Shown here: positions 1 to 9,054 of the stretch, piece after piece
How the letters are laid out: each line of letters starts with the position of its first letter
How positions within the stretch are numbered: the stretch's first letter is position 1
Assembly (NCBI GenBank): GCA_013288565.1
Contig: JABDBP010000003.1
Location: 11,671 to 75,670, forward strand
Length of the DNA: 64,000 nucleotides
Source of the DNA: Alphaproteobacteria bacterium
GTDB lineage: Bacteria; Pseudomonadota; Alphaproteobacteria; Rickettsiales; JABDBP01
Direction: 5' to 3'
Translations under genes and position numbers: made by a program
The notes under the pieces: model-generated
Told to the model about the DNA's origin: nothing
Databases searched by the model: none
Seen by the model: only the letters and a program-made list of their open reading frames with translations

Positions 1-1
1 T

Positions 2-1261
2 TTGGATTTCTGCTATCAAGTGAATCGACTGGGTGGCCGAATACTTTACGTTCCGCAGATCAGCGCCGTGCATTTCCGCTCCACCAGCGATGTTTCAAGC
101 TTTTTCGTCGAATGGAACAAGGCGCGTGGGTTCACGCGCTACTTCCGCAAGAATTTTAAAGGCCAGTATTTTCCAGGATTTTTGACCCTCATCAGCGCAG
201 GAATTTACCTGCGGCTGGTGACCAGAATTATCTGGCTGGCGCTGGAAAAGCTACTGACCGGCCAATTGTTCATCGGCCGAAACGATGCGGCACGGTTGCA
301 GGAATTGAAATCGCGGTTGCTCGAGAATTATGCGAGTTTTGCTGCCGATCGTGCGGAAATTTCCGCGAGCGAAATCAAAAACCGCGAGCCGTATCTCCTC
401 ATCGGCGCGACCGGGCAGGTGGGAATCGCGATACTGAGAAGGTTATTGGCGCTGGATGCGGAAGTTATTGCGTTATATCACTCCAGCCTGGTTGATTTTT
501 CACATCCGAATCTTATTTGGGTGCAGGGCGATCTTGAGTCAGACCTGGTGAATCTTGCCGCGCTAAATCCGAAAACTTTGATTTATACTCCGGCCTTGTG
601 GCTATTGCCGCCGCACATAAAAAAATTCGCAAGCCTCGGCATAAACCGCATAATAACTTTCAGCTCGACCTCGATTTTCGGCAAGGCATCGTCGAGGAAC
701 ACATATGAGCAGAAATTGGTTTCGCGGCTTGTCGCAGCAGAAAAAGATATTGCCGATCTATGTGCACCGCTCGGCATTAAATGGACGATTTTCCGACCGA
801 CGATGATTTACGGCATTGGACTGGATCGCAACGTGAGTAGCATAGTCCGGTTCATCGATAAACTGGGATTTTTCCCGATTGCCGGGCCAGGTGCGGGATT
901 GCGCCAGCCGGTGAATTGCGACGACTTGGCACTGGCGGTTTTATCCACCGTTGCGCTACCGGCGTCTTTCGGCAAGAGTTATAATCTCGGTGGCGGTGAG
1001 CGGATTTCCTATCGCGCTATGGTGGAAAAGATTTTCACTGTCATCGGGAAAAAGCGACGGATAATATCGACAACTCTCTTGCCGCTGCTGCTGGATATTT
1101 ATTCTGTGATTTTTTCCAAGCAAGACATTAATGGTGAGATGGCAACGCGCATGAATATCGACCTGGCATTCGACGACAGCGATGCGCGGCGCGATTTTGC
1201 CTATAATCCCAGGCGGTTTCTGACCGCCGGGAAAAAAGATTTGGGAATATTGGAGGGATAG
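2..1261 (+). CDS. Glycosyltransferase family 2 C-terminal segment fused to an NAD(P)-binding epimerase/dehydratase-like domain (5' partial)
   Basis: The ORF runs off the left edge. DFCYQVNRLGGRILYVPQISAVHFRSTS resembles the end of a GT2 catalytic domain. A hydrophobic segment (FLTLISAGIYLRLVTRIIWLAL) follows, then the Rossmann motif LLIGATGQVGIAILRRLL. Confidence 0.55.
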   Translation: MDFCYQVNRLGGRILYVPQISAVHFRSTSDVSSFFVEWNKARGFTRYFRKNFKGQYFPGFLTLISAGIYLRLVTRIIWLALEKLLTGQLFIGRNDAARLQELKSRLLENYASFAADRAEISASEIKNREPYLLIGATGQVGIAILRRLLALDAEVIALYHSSLVDFSHPNLIWVQGDLESDLVNLAALNPKTLIYTPALWLLPPHIKKFASLGINRIITFSSTSIFGKASSRNTYEQKLVSRLVAAEKDIADLCAPLGIKWTIFRPTMIYGIGLDRNVSSIVRFIDKLGFFPIAGPGAGLRQPVNCDDLALAVLSTVALPASFGKSYNLGGGERISYRAMVEKIFTVIGKKRRIISTTLLPLLLDIYSVIFSKQDINGEMATRMNIDLAFDDSDARRDFAYNPRRFLTAGKKDLGILEG

Positions 1262-1263
1262 CC

Positions 1264-2229
1264 ATGGCAGTTCTAGTGACGGGGGCGGCGGGATTCATCG
1301 GTTCATACGTATGCCGGGCATTGCTTGAGCGCGGGGAAAAAGTCGTTGGCGTTGATAACCTGAACGATTACTACGAAGTCAGTTTAAAAAAAGCACGCCT
1401 GGAGAATCTGAAAGATAAAAATTTTACCTTCATTATCGCCGACATTGCCAATAATGCGGAACTTGGAAAAGCCCTGCAACCTTATCTTTCCGAGATAAAA
1501 TTCATAGTGCATCTGGCTGGGTATGCGGGCGTGCGTCACTCCATTTTGCACCCGTTTTTATATGCGGAGGCCAATATAATAGGCCATTTGGCTATACTAG
1601 AAATCTTCCGCAAAGCCGCTAATTTTAAGCATATGGTTTATGCCAGCTCCAGCTCGGTTTACGGGCTGGATATAAAAACGCCATTCTCGCTCAATGAAAA
1701 AGCCGACAGCCCGATTTCGCTATATGGCGCGACCAAAAGATGCGATGAAATTTTAAGCGCTTCCTACGCGAATCTCTATGGCCTTCAATTGACGGGTCTC
1801 AGGTTTTTCACAGTTTACGGGCCGTGGGGAAGGCCGGACATGGCATATTATTCGTTCACGAAAGCGATTTTTGCCGGGCAGCCGATTCAGGTTTATAATA
1901 ACGGAAACATGCAGCGCGATTTCACCTGGATCGATGATATTGTTTCCGGGATTCTGGGCGCGTTATATAAGCTGGAAAAGAGCGGCCACCGTTATTATAA
2001 TCTAGGCAACAATAAGCCGGAACAGTTGATGGATGTGATTACAATTCTGGAGCGGGCTATCGGCAAAAAAGCGGTAATTAATTTTGCACCAACCCCGCCG
2101 GGTGATGTTTTCATCACTTATTCGGATATTTCCCAAAGCCAAAAAGATTTCGGCTACTCGCCTAAGGTTTCAATCAAGGAAGGCCTGCCAAAATTTGTGG
2201 AGTGGTTTAAGAAATATTATAAGATTTGA
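1264..2229 (+). CDS. NAD-dependent sugar-nucleotide epimerase (UDP-glucuronate 4-epimerase-like, extended SDR)
   Basis: VLVTGAAGFIGSYV is a GxxGxxG motif and YGATKRCDE is the YxxxK catalytic motif. The ORF is 321 aa and starts 2 nt after the upstream ORF. Confidence 0.85.
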   Translation: MAVLVTGAAGFIGSYVCRALLERGEKVVGVDNLNDYYEVSLKKARLENLKDKNFTFIIADIANNAELGKALQPYLSEIKFIVHLAGYAGVRHSILHPFLYAEANIIGHLAILEIFRKAANFKHMVYASSSSVYGLDIKTPFSLNEKADSPISLYGATKRCDEILSASYANLYGLQLTGLRFFTVYGPWGRPDMAYYSFTKAIFAGQPIQVYNNGNMQRDFTWIDDIVSGILGALYKLEKSGHRYYNLGNNKPEQLMDVITILERAIGKKAVINFAPTPPGDVFITYSDISQSQKDFGYSPKVSIKEGLPKFVEWFKKYYKI

Positions 2230-2232
2230 ACT

Positions 2233-2808
2233 CTACTTTCCCACACCTACCAGCATTTTCATGCTGATTATTTTATCCGGGTTGGTGACTTGGCCGCTGC
2301 CTTCCGCTCCACGCTTGATTTTATCGACGTTATCCATCCCTTCCGTCACTTTTCCCCATACCGTATATTGGCCGTCTAAGAAATGTGAAGGCGCGAAGCA
2401 GATGAAAAACTGGCTGTCGGCACTATCCGGGTCGGAAGCGCGCGCCATCGAAACCGTGCCGCGCACATGCGGCTCGGATGAAAATTCCGCCTTCAATTTC
2501 TTGCCAGAACCGCCAGTTCCAGTTCCGGTCGGGTCGCCGGTCTGCGCCATGAATCCTTCAATCACTCGATGGAACGGTACGCCATTATAAAACCCTGCCT
2601 TGACCAGCTCTTTGATGCGTTTGACGTGGTTCGGCGCCAAATCCGGGCGCATTTCGATGACCACTTTGCCTTTCGGCTTTCCGTCATGATCGGCGATTTC
2701 CATGACGATGGTATTTTCCGGGTCGGCTGCGGCTGCCGCCTTCCCGCCGCCGAATCCGAAAAATCCGATGAAAAACGCTGCCAAAACGGCCATTAATCTG
2801 CGAAACAT
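2233..2808 (-). CDS. Cyclophilin-type peptidyl-prolyl cis-trans isomerase, secreted
   Basis: The protein has a signal-like N-terminus (LMAVLAAFFIGFFGFGGGKAAAA). It carries the cyclophilin signature GFYNGVPFHRVIEGFMAQTGDPTGTGTGGSG. Confidence 0.9.
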   Translation of the reverse strand: MFRRLMAVLAAFFIGFFGFGGGKAAAAADPENTIVMEIADHDGKPKGKVVIEMRPDLAPNHVKRIKELVKAGFYNGVPFHRVIEGFMAQTGDPTGTGTGGSGKKLKAEFSSEPHVRGTVSMARASDPDSADSQFFICFAPSHFLDGQYTVWGKVTEGMDNVDKIKRGAEGSGQVTNPDKIISMKMLVGVGK

Positions 2809-2994
2809 TCACGCCTCCTTTTATGATTTTTGAAGAAATCATAAACTACAATTTTGCGGCTGTTAACAATTATTTGACCGTCCAGCTCAAAGTGGGTGCC
2901 GCCAAGCGGAATTTCGCGAAAGCTTTTTAAAAGCACTTGAATAATTGCAGTTTTTTTGTATTTATTGACCGCGCTAAAGAGCAAGCCTTAACGT

Positions 2995-3069
2995 TCCCCG
3001 GTAGCTCAGTGGTAGAGCAACCGGCTGTTAACCGGTTGGTCGCTGGTTCGAATCCGGCCCGGGGAGCCA
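2995..3069 (+). tRNA. tRNA-Asn (GTT)
   Basis: The cloverleaf was folded by hand. Acceptor TCCCCGG/CCGGGGA, anticodon stem ACCGG/CCGGT with loop CTGTTAA, T-loop TTCGAAT, encoded CCA. Confidence 0.9.
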
Positions 3070-3105
3070 GCTAGTTTCTTGAAATACAATAAAAACCATC
3101 GATTT

Positions 3106-5229
3106 TTAGAACAACCAACTATTATCGTCAGAGTGATTTTCCAGGTAGTTGGCAAGTACCAGCACCACAGCACGATCATATTTGCCGCCGCTTTCGGCAA
3201 TCAATATGCCGATGGCGCTATCCATATCCAGCCGCGGCCGATGTGGCCGGTCGCTGACCATACCGATGAAGGCGTTAGCTACCATCAATATGCGTGCCGG
3301 CAATATGATTTCTTCGGCTTTAAGGCCGAGCAGGCCGGAGCCGTCCATGCGTTCCTGGGATTGACGTATGGTTTCTGAAACTGGTCCGGCGAAAGGAATA
3401 TTCTTTATAAGATCGGCACTCATTGATGCTGCTTCGCGCATTTTTTCCAGTTCTTTCGGGGAAAGCTCGCCGTCCTTGGAAAGCAGTTCTTCAGGGATGA
3501 ATATTTTACCGAGATTTATAAGTTTACCGGCGAATTCCGTGGCTTCCCTTATGTCGCGGCCAAGGCCCATTTCCCGGGCGATTATCCTGGCAAGTTTTGA
3601 AACCCTGGCTGAGTGATGGGCGAAAAACGGGACTTGGGCGTCGATCAGTGCCGTCAATGTTTCAACCAGGCTGCGCAAAGTCTTTTCATGCTTGACCCTG
3701 TCCATTATCGCGGCGGTGATATCATTCTCCACCACCAACGTGCCAACTCGTACTTCCGAACTATAGGGATCGGGGATTTCCTTTAACGGAATATGTTGTA
3801 CTTGGAAGATTTGCGTGGATTTTTCGTGCTTTTCCCTTCTCAGGTAAGAAACAACGGATTTTTTTTCGAGTGCCATGCCACTGTTTTCCAGGTATTTCCG
3901 GGCTAAACTGGCACCCAATACCGCCTGCATGCTTTTTCCCAACATCTCGGCTGGATACATCTTCGCGTTTGTGGCGGCGACAAGGTTTGCGAACCGGTAA
4001 TTTCCACCGCTATCTATTATCGAAACGGCATCCGGCTGATTATCGGCAATAAGGCGGAGCAGCTTCTCCTGGGCCCCATGGCGGCTTGCGATTTCCTTGT
4101 ATTCCTTGGCGGCGGTTTCGGCGCGCAGCGAACTCGCATGTCGCCATATCGCAAAAAGCACTATCAGCACAAGCAGTGTGATCAGGATAAGGAGTGCTGC
4201 CATATTGCGCGCGCGTTCGGTGCTTGGCTTAAGCGCGACATCGGCGTCGATCTTATGGATAAGATACCACGGCATTGATTCAATTTTGCGCGCCGCAGCC
4301 AGCACCTCTTTCTTACGGTAATCCATTTTCTTCACAAATCCGCCGCCAGCAGCGACAAGGAATGCAGAATCGAGGTTATCAGTATTGGCGTTAAGCTGTA
4401 ACCCCTGGCTGCCCGGCTGCCCAGGCAATGGGGATATATATTCGATGAAATTACCGGTTTTTCTCACCAGCAAAGTCTCGGAATTATTATAAGGGAGTCC
4501 TGGCTGATAGAGGCGGGATAAGAGCGAATCATTAATCTCGACAACGCCCAGAACGAACCCTATATGATCCTCGGGTTTCCTATCGCCCTGCACTGCGAAA
4601 ATCGGCTCCAGGAAGGCAACCATCCTCGGCTTCTCCGAAGATGCCGGACTTTTTTCCTCCAGGGTAAAAATATCCAGGGAACTTCTCTCTCCCGGTTTGG
4701 CATTTTTCACGAAATCGGCAAGCGGCCCTGAAACTTCCGGCATGTAACGAGTGGCAGCGATCGTATTGCGCTGGCCATCAAGCAGTGCTATGCCCGCCGT
4801 TGTATCAAGAACCAGATCGTTGCCGAGTTTTTCCGGCTTAGTTGAAGGCGCGAAACCCGCTCTCTCGGCAGTCACTTGCAATAGAATGCGCAAATAATCG
4901 GTCGCCGCCGGAGCTTGTGCTTCACCATTTGTTGCAGCATGGGAGGTAGCAAGATCGGTCATGTATAGCTGGAGCGAAGTGTTATCAGCTAGGGAGGAAA
5001 GCGTCTGGATTTTCCCCTGAAGCCATTGATCGACATCTTTTTCCCGGCTCTCAGCCACCAAGGAAAGCACCACCTGCCATTCGAGCAGCGCCCGCTGCCG
5101 CTCCGCCTTATAGAATTGCATAATCAGCGACAAGCAGATAAATGCCAGCAGCAACATTCCAGAAACCAGGACTAAAATTCCATAGCCTGTGGTGTAACGT
5201 GAACGGAAAATCGAAGGTTTTTTAAGCAT
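3106..5229 (-). CDS. Membrane receptor: TM, ~300-aa extracytoplasmic domain, TM, PAS-like region, degenerate HD-GYP domain
   Basis: There are two hydrophobic helices (GILVLVSGMLLLAFICLSLIM and ALLILITLLVLIVLFAIW). The C-terminal domain aligns by eye to HD-GYP (HHSARVSKLARIIAREMGL ... DGSG ... RP). The HD motif reads IN (GKLINLGK), HHE reads SQE, GYP reads GLL, and the late Asp reads Asn (VANAF). Confidence 0.65.
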   Translation of the reverse strand: MLKKPSIFRSRYTTGYGILVLVSGMLLLAFICLSLIMQFYKAERQRALLEWQVVLSLVAESREKDVDQWLQGKIQTLSSLADNTSLQLYMTDLATSHAATNGEAQAPAATDYLRILLQVTAERAGFAPSTKPEKLGNDLVLDTTAGIALLDGQRNTIAATRYMPEVSGPLADFVKNAKPGERSSLDIFTLEEKSPASSEKPRMVAFLEPIFAVQGDRKPEDHIGFVLGVVEINDSLLSRLYQPGLPYNNSETLLVRKTGNFIEYISPLPGQPGSQGLQLNANTDNLDSAFLVAAGGGFVKKMDYRKKEVLAAARKIESMPWYLIHKIDADVALKPSTERARNMAALLILITLLVLIVLFAIWRHASSLRAETAAKEYKEIASRHGAQEKLLRLIADNQPDAVSIIDSGGNYRFANLVAATNAKMYPAEMLGKSMQAVLGASLARKYLENSGMALEKKSVVSYLRREKHEKSTQIFQVQHIPLKEIPDPYSSEVRVGTLVVENDITAAIMDRVKHEKTLRSLVETLTALIDAQVPFFAHHSARVSKLARIIAREMGLGRDIREATEFAGKLINLGKIFIPEELLSKDGELSPKELEKMREAASMSADLIKNIPFAGPVSETIRQSQERMDGSGLLGLKAEEIILPARILMVANAFIGMVSDRPHRPRLDMDSAIGILIAESGGKYDRAVVLVLANYLENHSDDNSWLF

Positions 5230-5290
5230 TTTATTTGTTGCAGTAAAATAGTATCATGAGGCAGCGATATTGATACATTATATTAGCACC

Positions 5291-5920
5291 ATGAAAAAGC
5301 CAAAACTGTTAGCTTTGATTTTGCTGGCGATTTGCCATATGGCTGCATCTCCGGCAAATGCTGGGTTTTCGGGTATTTTTGCCAATGAGAGCATTTCGCA
5401 AAACCTAAAACCATTTCCCAGATGGGTCAGGGTTACGGTGCAGCATCCAAAGGATAGGAAGCTTATCGGCAACCCTTGCATGGGTAGGGAAAATAGTTGT
5501 TTCATGAATTCCTGGGCAGATTTTATCTCCTCGTTACGCAACAAGCCGCCCTTAGAGCAGATAAAAGCGGTGAATAGCCAGATGAATCGCTCGGAATATG
5601 TGACTGATCTTGCCAATTGGGGGATCAATAATTATTGGGAGACGCCGCTGGAATTCCTTAAAAAAAGCGGCAATTGCAAGGATTATGCTATCGCCAAGTT
5701 CTATTCGCTGAAGGAGCTTGGCTTCCCGGAGGATGACATGCGTATAGTGGTGCTGATGGATAATAACATCCACATTCTGCATAGCGTTCTGGTGGTGAAG
5801 TTCCACGGGCAGGAATTGGTTCTCGATAATCAGGTGAAGCAGATAGTCTCATCCGATAAGATTTATCATTACGAGCCGATTTACGCGGTGAACGAAACCG
5901 GCTGGTGGCGCTACCAATAA
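5291..5920 (+). CDS. Bacterial transglutaminase-like cysteine proteinase (BTLCP, LapG family), periplasmic
   Basis: The signal peptide is MKKPKLLALILLAICHMAASPANA. The Cys-His-Asp context (GNCKDYAIAKFYSL, ILHSVLVV, LVLDNQ) is typical of the LapG/DUF920 family. The ORF track starts at 5270; the ATG at 5291 is the better start. Confidence 0.75.
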   Translation: MKKPKLLALILLAICHMAASPANAGFSGIFANESISQNLKPFPRWVRVTVQHPKDRKLIGNPCMGRENSCFMNSWADFISSLRNKPPLEQIKAVNSQMNRSEYVTDLANWGINNYWETPLEFLKKSGNCKDYAIAKFYSLKELGFPEDDMRIVVLMDNNIHILHSVLVVKFHGQELVLDNQVKQIVSSDKIYHYEPIYAVNETGWWRYQ

Positions 5921-5952
5921 AAAAGCGCCGGATTTTACCCCAGCGCTTTTTT
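5921..5952. terminator. Possible bidirectional terminator hairpin between convergent genes
   Basis: aaaagcgc...gcgcttttttt forms a GC stem flanked by an A-run and a T-run. It sits between the 3' ends of 5291-5920(+) and 5971-6330(-). Confidence 0.4.
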
Positions 5953-5970
5953 TATAGTTGCTTAAAATAA

Positions 5971-6330
5971 TCAGTGCAGGACGTTGGCCACAGCTTCGGC
6001 GAGCGCCGGTTCAATTGCCTCTTTCTTGGAACCGGCCTTGGCCAGTTTCCGGTTCCGGTCAACCAGCAGTTTTATCGCCTGCGCCGCTTCTTTCGTCGGG
6101 ATCATCAGGGTTTCCTGATCGCCTTGATGGGCGGTGCATTTGAAATGTATATTCCCGCCGCTGAATAATTCCTCGATCGTCCCCGCCGCCCCGATATAAA
6201 CATCCATGGCGACGCCGTCCTCATTTTTCCCGGGAACGGTGACGCCGCGCACTTCCGGCCATGACGTGTTAACTTTCGCGGATTCAGACATAAAGGCGTG
6301 CGCCCCCGAAGCGGTATATGAACTGTGCAT
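5971..6330 (-). CDS. Hypothetical protein (~119 aa)
   Basis: The ORF has a good RBS (aggaga) upstream of the ATG at 6330; the track ORF extends to 6384. I recognise no motif. Confidence 0.45.
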   Translation of the reverse strand: MHSSYTASGAHAFMSESAKVNTSWPEVRGVTVPGKNEDGVAMDVYIGAAGTIEELFSGGNIHFKCTAHQGDQETLMIPTKEAAQAIKLLVDRNRKLAKAGSKKEAIEPALAEAVANVLH

Positions 6331-6689
6331 AGTTTTCTCCTGTTTAATCGCTATGAAGCCATTGTAACCGAGAAAGGTTAACAAAAGGTTAACGCGGGAA
6401 GGAATTGTTAATAGTTTGATTTATAGCGATTATTTGTGGGAAAAATGGATGGGATTTTAGATAAATCGCCGGGGAATTTGCGGGTTAGCAACTTAGGCGG
6501 GGTTGAAGTGGGTGAGGCGGGTGGCCGAGGAGGCTGTTGGTAGTGGAGGATAGTTTTTACTGGGATCCGGAGAGGGAAGGGGTTTTGGAATCATTATAAT
6601 TGAGAACTTAAGTATTTAAGTGCTGACAGATTTATTATATTATCCGGGAAACCTACTGTAAGTAGGTCTTCTTTAGAAACAAGTTAGTT

Positions 6690-7847
6690 ATGCCTATCGA
6701 ATCAGCAGCAACACTAAAAAAAGAAGTAAAACTTGTTCTCAAACAACAAGGATATAGCGTTAAAAGGAATGGCCTTTTCCTCCTGGAAAATAATGAGCGT
6801 GAGGAAAGGCGTAAAGTTCACGAAATAGCGAAGGCTGAGCGCGTAAAAGAAAAAGAAAATTTTCTCCGTAGAAATCTCAAATTAATAAAAAATCATTTAA
6901 TTGATGGCAAAAAACTGGAAATTGAGAAAATTGATCCAGTTTTAATAGAGGTTGAACCTGAGAGTGAAGAAGAACGACTATTCCGTTGGTGGAATATTAT
7001 TTGGTGGAGTCTGCCTTATGAGAGGGCTTATGGGCGCCAGATGCGCTTTATCGTCTGGGATAAATATCATGATGCTCCTATAGGTCTTATAGGTTTACAA
7101 AGCCCGATTTTAAGCTGGGGACCACGGGATAAATATCTTGGCATCGCTCCAGATGAGCGGGATTTTTGGGTAAATCAATCATTAAGTGCCCAGCGAATAG
7201 GGGCATTGCCCCCTTACAATGATATCCTGGGTGGAAAACTTGTTTCTCTTCTCATGACTGCCGATATTGTGCGGCAGAAATTCCGCAAAAAATATCGCAA
7301 TCAGAAGACTGTATTAGAAAAGCGGATACTACCTTCAAACCTCCTTTTTATTACCACCACCGGTGCATACGGTAAAAGCAGTGTATATAATCGTCTTCGG
7401 TTTAAGGATGAAACAGTAGCAAAATTTATTGGTTATACTCAGGGGAACGGAACCTTCCACATCCCAAACGCCCTCTACGAGGATTTGGTGAAGTACCTTG
7501 AGAAAAGAAAATATGATGTTAGGCGCGGGTACGGAAGCGGACCTTCCCGAAAATTGCGCTTGATTGACCTTTCGTTACAATTATTGGGCTTTGCGAATGG
7601 GATCTCTCATGGAATTAAGAGAGCACTATATTTATTCCCTATGGTTCACAATCTGGAAGACGTTATTCAGAAAGGGGAACGACCCGAATGGACTGATAGA
7701 AATATTGAGGAAATGACAGCATTTTGGAAAGAAAAATGGGCTTTACGCCGTGCCGAGAATAATAAATCATACTTAGAGTTTGATAGTGAAGATTTTGCTA
7801 CACAAACCCTATTAGACATAGAAAAATATAAGGAATTACTATCATAA
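6690..7847 (+). CDS. DUF4338 / Druantia DruA-like domain protein
   Basis: The central block (RQMRFIVWDKYHDAPIGLIGLQSPILSWGPRDKYLGI ... SAQRIGALPPYNDILGGKLVSLL) matches my memory of the DUF4338 core pattern (lrylv..g.pvallgfs.pa....RD.wiGw ... R.l.lP...nl.s..L.l). The N-terminus is basic and coiled. Coding sequence is AT-rich. Confidence 0.55.
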   Translation: MPIESAATLKKEVKLVLKQQGYSVKRNGLFLLENNEREERRKVHEIAKAERVKEKENFLRRNLKLIKNHLIDGKKLEIEKIDPVLIEVEPESEEERLFRWWNIIWWSLPYERAYGRQMRFIVWDKYHDAPIGLIGLQSPILSWGPRDKYLGIAPDERDFWVNQSLSAQRIGALPPYNDILGGKLVSLLMTADIVRQKFRKKYRNQKTVLEKRILPSNLLFITTTGAYGKSSVYNRLRFKDETVAKFIGYTQGNGTFHIPNALYEDLVKYLEKRKYDVRRGYGSGPSRKLRLIDLSLQLLGFANGISHGIKRALYLFPMVHNLEDVIQKGERPEWTDRNIEEMTAFWKEKWALRRAENNKSYLEFDSEDFATQTLLDIEKYKELLS

Positions 7848-7897
7848 CTAACTCTCAAGAATTAGAAACGCGCTCTTACGCGTACTTACCCGAAGAA

Positions 7898-9052
7898 TTG
7901 CTAGGGAAAATTCTTGAGCATCTACCAAATACCGTGGACAAAATGAACGCGCTGTTTGACATCCAAGATGAGCCTATACAGCAAGGAATAAAGCATCTGC
8001 GGGATACTGGAAAGATAGCAAAACTTTCCACCAAAGATTTTTCAGGTTCATTAGTAGCTGTTGACGGCAGCATGATTGTAGAAAAGATGACGGGCTCCGA
8101 TTTGCTTCTGGTGCTGGCGGTCGGCGTGGAAGGTCTTACAGAAGATAAAACAAAAGACTGGGGTACTGCCAAGAATCAGTATTACCAATGGCAGACGGTT
8201 TTACCTCACGACAGCGCGAATAGCAGTTTGGCTCAAGGCACAATGTTCTTGATGGAATTAAGCGTTTTAGCGAATTGCGACCATGAAATAAGAATCATGG
8301 ATGGCACTCATTTTACTTCTATTATAAAAATTAATAGTATGCTTTCGGCTAGTGATGAAAAGGCTGGAAAAGAGTACGCAGAAGCGCTACGAACATTTCT
8401 AAAGGAAACATACAGTAAAATCATTCCTGATATTCCTGACATTATCCAGTCTGCATTCAATAATGATAAAATTATAGCCTTGGCTAAATACAGTTCTTCA
8501 AAAGACGTTATAGAGGCGTTTTTGGGAGCGCAGAATATAAGACTTGATGATAAAACATTTTTCTCACTTGCGCTTGATGAGGATGAATATCTAATACCAT
8601 TGTCAGTTGGCCAAAGTAAGGATGAAAGAGAAAGGATTTGGGATGACCTCCATATCAAGTGCAACCTTAATATACCAGAGCGCGTCGAGTTGAATACAGC
8701 ACTTGCCGAAGCTATCAATCCTCTCAGAACTAGAGACAATCAATCAAAAAAGGATAAGGAATCTGCACTCTATTATACCTATTACAAACCCTACCAAGAT
8801 GGCCCTGCATACCGGATTGAATTAAAGAAATCATTGGTGGCTGATAGTCAGCGTTTAGAAAAATACCTTCTCAGTATTAAGAAACAGATTGTTTTTCCCG
8901 AAATCAGAGAACCATATCCGCAATATCTGGTTGATATAATGGCCAAAGGTATATCTACCGGAATGGTAGCTATCCAAGAGGGAATTAAACTTTCACCAAA
9001 TCTGAAAATAGATAAAGGATATTTCAACTTATTATTTAACTATAGAACCTGA
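7898..9052 (+). CDS. NurA-like nuclease domain protein
   Basis: LVAVDGSMIV and HEIRIMDGTHFTS resemble the two Asp-bearing NurA motifs (..DGS.. and lllDGsl). The track start is a TTG. The frame is open from 7832 and an ATG lies at 7943, so the start is uncertain. Confidence 0.55.
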   Translation: MLGKILEHLPNTVDKMNALFDIQDEPIQQGIKHLRDTGKIAKLSTKDFSGSLVAVDGSMIVEKMTGSDLLLVLAVGVEGLTEDKTKDWGTAKNQYYQWQTVLPHDSANSSLAQGTMFLMELSVLANCDHEIRIMDGTHFTSIIKINSMLSASDEKAGKEYAEALRTFLKETYSKIIPDIPDIIQSAFNNDKIIALAKYSSSKDVIEAFLGAQNIRLDDKTFFSLALDEDEYLIPLSVGQSKDERERIWDDLHIKCNLNIPERVELNTALAEAINPLRTRDNQSKKDKESALYYTYYKPYQDGPAYRIELKKSLVADSQRLEKYLLSIKKQIVFPEIREPYPQYLVDIMAKGISTGMVAIQEGIKLSPNLKIDKGYFNLLFNYRT

Positions 9053-9054
9053 AT

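Noticed and set aside
2084-2590. A 168-aa plus-strand ORF spanning the end of the epimerase gene and running antisense to the cyclophilin gene.
   Set aside because: It overlaps two well-supported genes, and its translation is low-complexity with no motif.
6605-6630. A shared word, gtatttaagt...gacagat, upstream of the DUF4338 cassette (6609) and upstream of the pilin locus (13092). It also resembles the tatttaagt in the MITE termini.
   Set aside because: The motif is short and AT-rich in AT-rich DNA, and there are too few matched positions to claim a common regulatory element or MITE fragment.
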